A stretch of DNA of 64,000 bases from contig JAFUKJ010000045.1 in the NCBI GenBank assembly GCA_017467805.1, positions 1,392-65,391 on the forward strand, given 5' to 3'. The notes under the pieces are model-generated. The model was given only the letters and a program-made list of their open reading frames with translations, made no database searches and was not told the origin of the DNA. Origin of the DNA: Lachnospiraceae bacterium (GTDB lineage: Bacteria; Bacillota; Clostridia; Lachnospirales; Lachnospiraceae). Both the position numbers and the translations under genes were made by a program. This document shows positions 58,821 through 64,000 of the stretch, one piece after another (the stretch's first letter is position 1; the number at the start of each line of letters is the position of its first letter).

Positions 58821-60044
58821 ATGGAAAAGATAGAATTGTTTAGTGAAAAAGCAGATTGCTGTGCATGTGGAGCATGTATGAATATTTGCCCTAAACATGC
58901 AATTAGCATGGTTGAAGATGAATATGGTTTTAAATATCCAAGCATTAATGAGGAATTGTGCATAAGATGTGGTGTGTGTAAAAGTGTATGTGGATATCAG
59001 AATAAGAAAGAAACGAATGAGCCGTTGCATACTTATGTAGCATGTACACAAACAACAAATATTGTAGAATCAGCATCGGGAGGAGTATTTGCAGCATTAG
59101 CTAAGGCTTTCCTTGAAAAGGGAGGAATTGTCTATGGTGTTGCTTTGGAACAGATAGATGGAGAGCTGGTGCCGTTACATATAGGTATTGAAAGAAAAGA
59201 GGATTTGCATAAACTGTTAGGTTCAAAGTATGTACAAAGCAATGTGGGTACGGTATATGCAAAGATAAAGATGCAGTTGCATGAAGGAAGAAGAGTTATG
59301 TTTTCGGGAAGTCCTTGTCAGGTAGCGGGATTGAAAGCATATTTGGGAAACAAGGAGTATGATAATTTAATTTTAATAGATATTATCTGTCATGGTGTTC
59401 CTTCAATTCAATTTTTTAATAGCTACCTGCATGAACTTGAAAAGAAGCTAAAGGGAAGAGTGGTGGATTTTAAGTTTAGAGATAAATCTAAAGGTTGGGG
59501 ACTGGTTAGTAGAGTGGATTATATCAATGCTTCCAATAAGCCTAAGTCAAGAAGCATCAATGCTAGAGAATCTTCTTATTATCATTTATTTTTAGCAGGG
59601 GATATTTATAGGGAGAATTGCTATAGCTGCAAATATGCATCAAAGAACAGACCAGGAGACATTACATTAGGAGATTATTGGGGAATTGAAAAGGAACATC
59701 CAGAATACTTAACTGCAAATGGCGGAGTATTTGATGAGCGCAAGGGTGTATCATGTATGATTTTGAGTACAGAGAAAGCGAAGGCTTTTGTAGAAGAAGT
59801 ACGTGATAGTGTTCAATTACAGGAATCTACATTTGAGAAAGCAGCAAGGAAAAATGGTCAGTTAGTGCATCCAACGCCGTGTAGTGAGAGAAGAGAAAAA
59901 GTGTTAGAGATGTATGCGGACTTAGGATATAAAGCGATTGATAAGTGGTTTATTAAAAAGCTGGGAATTAAGATGATTCCTATTTATATCATAGATAGAA
60001 TTCCTGTTTCGCTCAAGAAAGGAATCAGACGCATATTAAAGTAA
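58821..60044 (+). CDS. FrhB-like (F420 hydrogenase beta-type) Fe-S flavoprotein with an N-terminal 2x4Fe-4S ferredoxin
   Basis: CCACGACMNICP, CIRCGVCKSVC, SASGG, GSKYVQS, GSPCQ, ICHGVP, RENCYSC, DITLGDYWG. Confidence 0.85.
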   Translation: MEKIELFSEKADCCACGACMNICPKHAISMVEDEYGFKYPSINEELCIRCGVCKSVCGYQNKKETNEPLHTYVACTQTTNIVESASGGVFAALAKAFLEKGGIVYGVALEQIDGELVPLHIGIERKEDLHKLLGSKYVQSNVGTVYAKIKMQLHEGRRVMFSGSPCQVAGLKAYLGNKEYDNLILIDIICHGVPSIQFFNSYLHELEKKLKGRVVDFKFRDKSKGWGLVSRVDYINASNKPKSRSINARESSYYHLFLAGDIYRENCYSCKYASKNRPGDITLGDYWGIEKEHPEYLTANGGVFDERKGVSCMILSTEKAKAFVEEVRDSVQLQESTFEKAARKNGQLVHPTPCSERREKVLEMYADLGYKAIDKWFIKKLGIKMIPIYIIDRIPVSLKKGIRRILK

Positions 60045-60097
60045 ATCTAAGTTGCTCTATATCAAAATTATAGTGGGTAAATTATCGAGGAGAATGA

Positions 60098-60565
60098 ATG
60101 AAAAATACAAGAAAATATAGATGGTTTTATTGGGCATTTATGCTAGGTATGATGATTATTATTTTTGTATTATCACATCAACCTGGAACTGTATCGACAA
60201 AAATAAGTGATCATGTAGCAAGTACGTTGCAAGTGGAGTCGCAAGAGAAATATTTTTATAAAGCAGTTTCTGCACAACCATTGTTTGCAGGGCTTAGCTT
60301 GCGTAAGTATGCACATTTAGTGCTATATGGAGGGTTGGGACTTTCGACTTTCCTTGTAACAAAAGATGGAAGATTGTCAGGAAAGAAAAAAATTTGGCTG
60401 GCAATGGCAATATGCTTTGTATATAGTTGTACTGATGAGCTACATCAGTATTTTATTCCAGGGCGAGGTGCAAAATTTATTGATATAATTATTGATGCGA
60501 TAGGTTATAGTGTAGTGATAGGATTGGGATGGCTTGTACTGTGGATTAAAAGGAGAAAGCAATAA
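60098..60565 (+). CDS. VanZ-family membrane protein
   Basis: IFVLSHQ, RKYAH, DELHQYFIPGR, DIIID. Confidence 0.85.
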   Translation: MKNTRKYRWFYWAFMLGMMIIIFVLSHQPGTVSTKISDHVASTLQVESQEKYFYKAVSAQPLFAGLSLRKYAHLVLYGGLGLSTFLVTKDGRLSGKKKIWLAMAICFVYSCTDELHQYFIPGRGAKFIDIIIDAIGYSVVIGLGWLVLWIKRRKQ

Positions 60566-60744
60566 TTTAATCGCGTTTAGATATCATACAATGGAATCAG
60601 GTTTGATTTTGAATGGATGGTTTACATGGTTTGGAATGAATGATATTATATTATATAGTAAATACAATGCACAACGAGGGAAGACATTTCAAACACGTTG
60701 TACATTGTATTTATTTTTTGTGTTTAGAAGAAAGGCAGCTAGGG

Positions 60745-63198
60745 ATGAACAAAATGTCAGAAGAAAAAGTAAGGTGTAAAAGAGGAAAAAAAAGGATAAA
60801 TATGGGAATTCTAGTTGTTTGTGGATTGTGTTTTGCTATGGCAGGAATGATTTCAAGTTGTAATACTTCGGATGTAGAAAAGGATAGTACTGAAGATGAC
60901 ATTTCAGTAGAAGTAGAATATATTTTTGTGCATGAAGGGGATAATTATCGCTATGCAATTACAGATAATTACAAAGAAGTAATTTCTATTTGGAATGGTA
61001 CAGAGTATGTAGATGTACTTAGTGGTGCAGGAACATATCGCATATATACTGACTACATGACGGTTACATCAGCAAAAAAAATCAAAGAATACGAAGTGTT
61101 TGAGAAAGATGGATGTGAGGTTGTTGTTGTAACTTACAGGATGACCAATGGAGCTGAGGCATCAAATACATATACTATGTATAATAAGTATATGAATATT
61201 AAATCGTCGATTTCGGATGTTTTGAAATTATGGGGAGAAACATATGCTGTTATAGAACGTGATTTTTTAAACGATTATGAAAACTATGATAAGGGTACTT
61301 CAGATTATTGGGTGTTTCCCGATAATGGAGATTTTCCATACAAAGAAGCCGATAGTATTGTGACACATTACTATTATGAGGATTCACTAAGCATGCATAG
61401 CTTTGTGCGAGGTGAAGAAGGCAAAGAATTTGTGCTTTTTGAAAACACAGATACAGAAAATATTACTATTGCATTAGGAGAGAGTGCGTTTAGTGAACAT
61501 GAATTAGAGTATGATTTAGTATTTGAGAATACAAGTGATAATAGCGAAGCGGATTATCTTGCATTGTTTGAAGGGAGAGGTTCCTCTTTGGCAACACAGA
61601 TACAAGCGTTAACTCAGGCATATGGTAATACAACTTTATTTTATTCAGATGCTGTTAATTTTAATATAGATGTGACTAATTTGGAAACGGTGAGTAAGAC
61701 ATTTATAGTTGATTGTACAGTATATGATTATGCTGGTAATGTATATGCATTAAGAAATGAAACTTTGATTTTAGATGCAAATATGTCAAGGGATATTCCG
61801 TTAAATATAGTAAGTAGTCAGAATGGAATATATTACATAGATTTGAAAGTGTCAGATGGAATATGTTCGCATCGGGAGTTATATACATTTTCATTGATGG
61901 AACAGTGTAGTCAGAACTATGCAAACACCAATCCTTTTGGAGTTAGTGGTGTTAGGTTTGGCGAGTATGAGCCAAATGATGACACGGTATTGATATTGGA
62001 TGCTCTTGGTGCTTCTAATGTTAGAGTATGTATTTCTCATCCAGATTATTTGATGGAGGATATGACATTGTTAGCAAAATATTTGGAACAACTGACATCA
62101 AGGAATATTCGTATCAATGGTCAATATTTGCTGATGAAGAACTGGATTTATCCTACAAGAGAAAATGCCAATGAATATACTGAGGAGATTAGTTCGGCTT
62201 TGAGTGTTGTAGGTAAATATTTAAGTAGTTGTGAGAGTGGAAATGAGTTTAATCTTGGTCATAAGGCAGATAGCATAGAAGAACTTATGCAGGACTATAT
62301 AGATGAGTATTATAATTCGGCCTATCGAAGTATCAGTGATGAGTTTGGCTTGGATACGATTGCGGGAGCAGTGGGGATGACGCAAATAAACTGGATGGAA
62401 CAAATGGTCAAGTCAGGATTGTATGATAGAACACCCGTATTTGCAACGCACACATATGGATATCCCTATTCGCCTGATATATCAGCTAATCCAGAATATG
62501 AAGTGGTTGTTGAGAGCTCGCTAGTACGTACAAGACAGTTTCTTGATACATACGGAGATAAAACATGGTTTTTGAATGAAATAGGGTATCCGACAACAGC
62601 TTTGAAGTCAGAAGGAATGTGGAGCGGAGTTGATTTGCGGACACAGGCAGATTATATTGTTCGGACCAATATCTTAGGATTGAATTATGGTGCTGACGAG
62701 ATAGAAACATACTGTTTATATGATCAGCAGAATTTGGTAAAAGGAATTTCTGCGAGTAATACAGAGATGAATTTTGGACTGTTTTACTATGAAGATTATT
62801 TCGGAAGAATTATGCCGAAACCATCAGCAATAGCATTTAGTAATATGACGACTATGCTGGATGGGGTTCAGTCCTGTGAGGAGCTTGAGGTAGCTTCGGA
62901 TACCGCAAGAGTGTTTGAAATGAAGATGGCGGATGGACAAGATACAGTTTTTGTTGCATGGAGTAATTGCGCACGATTATCAGATGATGTGGTTTCAGAT
63001 TGGAAGAGAACACCATGCTTACCTTGGGCTAATCAATGGGAAAGTACAGAGGTGATAGAACTGAAGCTGGATTGCGATTTTGTGGAGTTGACAGATACCA
63101 TGGGAAATAGTAAATTGGTGCTAAATGAAAATGGAACATTAAGGGTAGAATTAAGTGGTTCCCCGTGTTATATTAAACTAGGATATTTGAGTGATTAA
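60745..63198 (+). CDS. Probable lipoprotein with a clan GH-A-like glycoside hydrolase domain
   Basis: Hydrophobic stretch ending ISSC; Ig-like middle; GNEFN and NEIGYP acid/base and nucleophile-like motifs; HTY. Start uncertain (60745 or 60802). Confidence 0.65.
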   Translation: MNKMSEEKVRCKRGKKRINMGILVVCGLCFAMAGMISSCNTSDVEKDSTEDDISVEVEYIFVHEGDNYRYAITDNYKEVISIWNGTEYVDVLSGAGTYRIYTDYMTVTSAKKIKEYEVFEKDGCEVVVVTYRMTNGAEASNTYTMYNKYMNIKSSISDVLKLWGETYAVIERDFLNDYENYDKGTSDYWVFPDNGDFPYKEADSIVTHYYYEDSLSMHSFVRGEEGKEFVLFENTDTENITIALGESAFSEHELEYDLVFENTSDNSEADYLALFEGRGSSLATQIQALTQAYGNTTLFYSDAVNFNIDVTNLETVSKTFIVDCTVYDYAGNVYALRNETLILDANMSRDIPLNIVSSQNGIYYIDLKVSDGICSHRELYTFSLMEQCSQNYANTNPFGVSGVRFGEYEPNDDTVLILDALGASNVRVCISHPDYLMEDMTLLAKYLEQLTSRNIRINGQYLLMKNWIYPTRENANEYTEEISSALSVVGKYLSSCESGNEFNLGHKADSIEELMQDYIDEYYNSAYRSISDEFGLDTIAGAVGMTQINWMEQMVKSGLYDRTPVFATHTYGYPYSPDISANPEYEVVVESSLVRTRQFLDTYGDKTWFLNEIGYPTTALKSEGMWSGVDLRTQADYIVRTNILGLNYGADEIETYCLYDQQNLVKGISASNTEMNFGLFYYEDYFGRIMPKPSAIAFSNMTTMLDGVQSCEELEVASDTARVFEMKMADGQDTVFVAWSNCARLSDDVVSDWKRTPCLPWANQWESTEVIELKLDCDFVELTDTMGNSKLVLNENGTLRVELSGSPCYIKLGYLSD

Positions 63199-63227
63199 TC
63201 TAAAATGAAGAGGAGAGAGCGCGACTT

Positions 63228-63935
63228 ATGAAGAAAACTATTAATCTTTATCGTAGCAAGGATCAAGTTGTTAACGATGCGTTTGACAGAGCAATTGTTA
63301 ATATCTATGTAAAAAGAGAAAAATATGGCTATAAGTCATTTGTCTTATGTGGAAGTGAGGCAGGAGTTGGAACTACTTCGATTGCGGTAGAAATGGCGAT
63401 TGCACTTTCAGTAGCAGGATGGAAGACATTATTAATAGACGGAGACTTGCGAAAGGATGCAGATTATAAGAGATTGAACCAAGAGGTTGAGATGGGGCTG
63501 ACTGATTATGTACAGGAGCAGGTTTCAAAGGAATCTATTATATATGAGACAAACTGGCCTTCGCTGGAGTATATTCCATGTGGACTAGATGAAACAGAAA
63601 GTCCTGTAAGAGTTCTTTGTTCTGTTAAAATGGAGAAATTGATGGCAGAACTGAAAGAGAAATATGACTATATTATAATAGATACACCATCTATCAATTC
63701 ATTAGTAGATGGTCAGATATTTGCTACAAAGGCAGATGCGACAATGCTTGTTGCGGCGATGAATTCATCTAGTAAGAAGAATCTTGCAGAGGCAAAGAAA
63801 AAGTTTGCTGCTGCAGGTGCTAATGTAATAGGTGTAATAGAGAATATGATAGAGGTAGATGAGTATAAGAAATATATTAAAGATTTTGATTACTTTAAGA
63901 AGCAGAAATATGTAAAGAAGGTAAAGGTGCAATAA
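63228..63935 (+). CDS. Second CpsD/CapB-like protein with a degenerate Walker A
   Basis: GSEAGVGTT, LIDGDLRK, IIDTP. Confidence 0.8.
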   Translation: MKKTINLYRSKDQVVNDAFDRAIVNIYVKREKYGYKSFVLCGSEAGVGTTSIAVEMAIALSVAGWKTLLIDGDLRKDADYKRLNQEVEMGLTDYVQEQVSKESIIYETNWPSLEYIPCGLDETESPVRVLCSVKMEKLMAELKEKYDYIIIDTPSINSLVDGQIFATKADATMLVAAMNSSSKKNLAEAKKKFAAAGANVIGVIENMIEVDEYKKYIKDFDYFKKQKYVKKVKVQ

Positions 63936-64000
63936 TGAGAAAGTATAGTTTGATTGTTAGTTTTGTTATTTTAATTATATGTGCATTTCTTTCAAATACA
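63935..64000 (+). CDS. 3'-truncated CDS with a hydrophobic N-terminus
   Basis: ATG overlaps the previous stop (TAATG); MRKYSLIVSFVILIICAFLSNT runs off the window. Confidence 0.5.
   Translation, partial: MRKYSLIVSFVILIICAFLSNT

Noticed and set aside
58821-60044. Real F420 hydrogenase subunit
   Set aside because: No frhA/frhG or F420 genes; it is embedded among glycosyltransferases.
1240-62710. Numerous short antisense or overlapping ORFs in the ORF track (e.g. 1772..2230, 14845..15138, 17266..17835, 23617..24204, 39587..40030)
   Set aside because: They lie within well-supported genes, lack RBSs or motifs, and are explained as antisense shadows.
1-64000. Transposase, integrase, prophage, tRNA or rRNA genes
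   Set aside because: No ORF or sequence with the relevant motifs was found; any enzyme acting on the palindromic repeats must be encoded elsewhere.

Overview
A 64-kb chromosomal window from an AT-rich anaerobic Firmicute; gene content and sequence style suggest Lachnospiraceae/Clostridia (inference). No rRNA, tRNA, CRISPR array or transposase was found. In order: partial PAS-GGDEF diguanylate cyclase; a GltD-like Fe-S flavoprotein coupled to a group A [FeFe]-hydrogenase; two tandem hybrid histidine kinases; a closely coupled run of GH35, PotABCD-like ABC transporter, lipoprotein, MBOAT, DHHW and ROK kinase; uronate genes (uxaC, LacI regulator, kduI); MCP, glgX, cheY, LacI, glgP, malQ, LacI; a cell-surface module at 34.5-42.8 kb; and a two-part Wzy-dependent polysaccharide locus running off the right edge. 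The best candidate for an undescribed system is the surface module. It holds a wHTH-BTAD regulator ending in a degenerate GGDEF-like domain that keeps an RxxD motif, a duplicated cassette (secreted protein followed by an atypical LCP), a class B sortase, an ATLF/PPEP-like Zn protease and an SH3-transglutaminase protein, directly upstream of the polysaccharide genes. Three intergenic palindromic repeat structures (about 22.9, 27.3 and 31.5 kb) are not explained by any gene. All alignments were done by eye; no searches were run.
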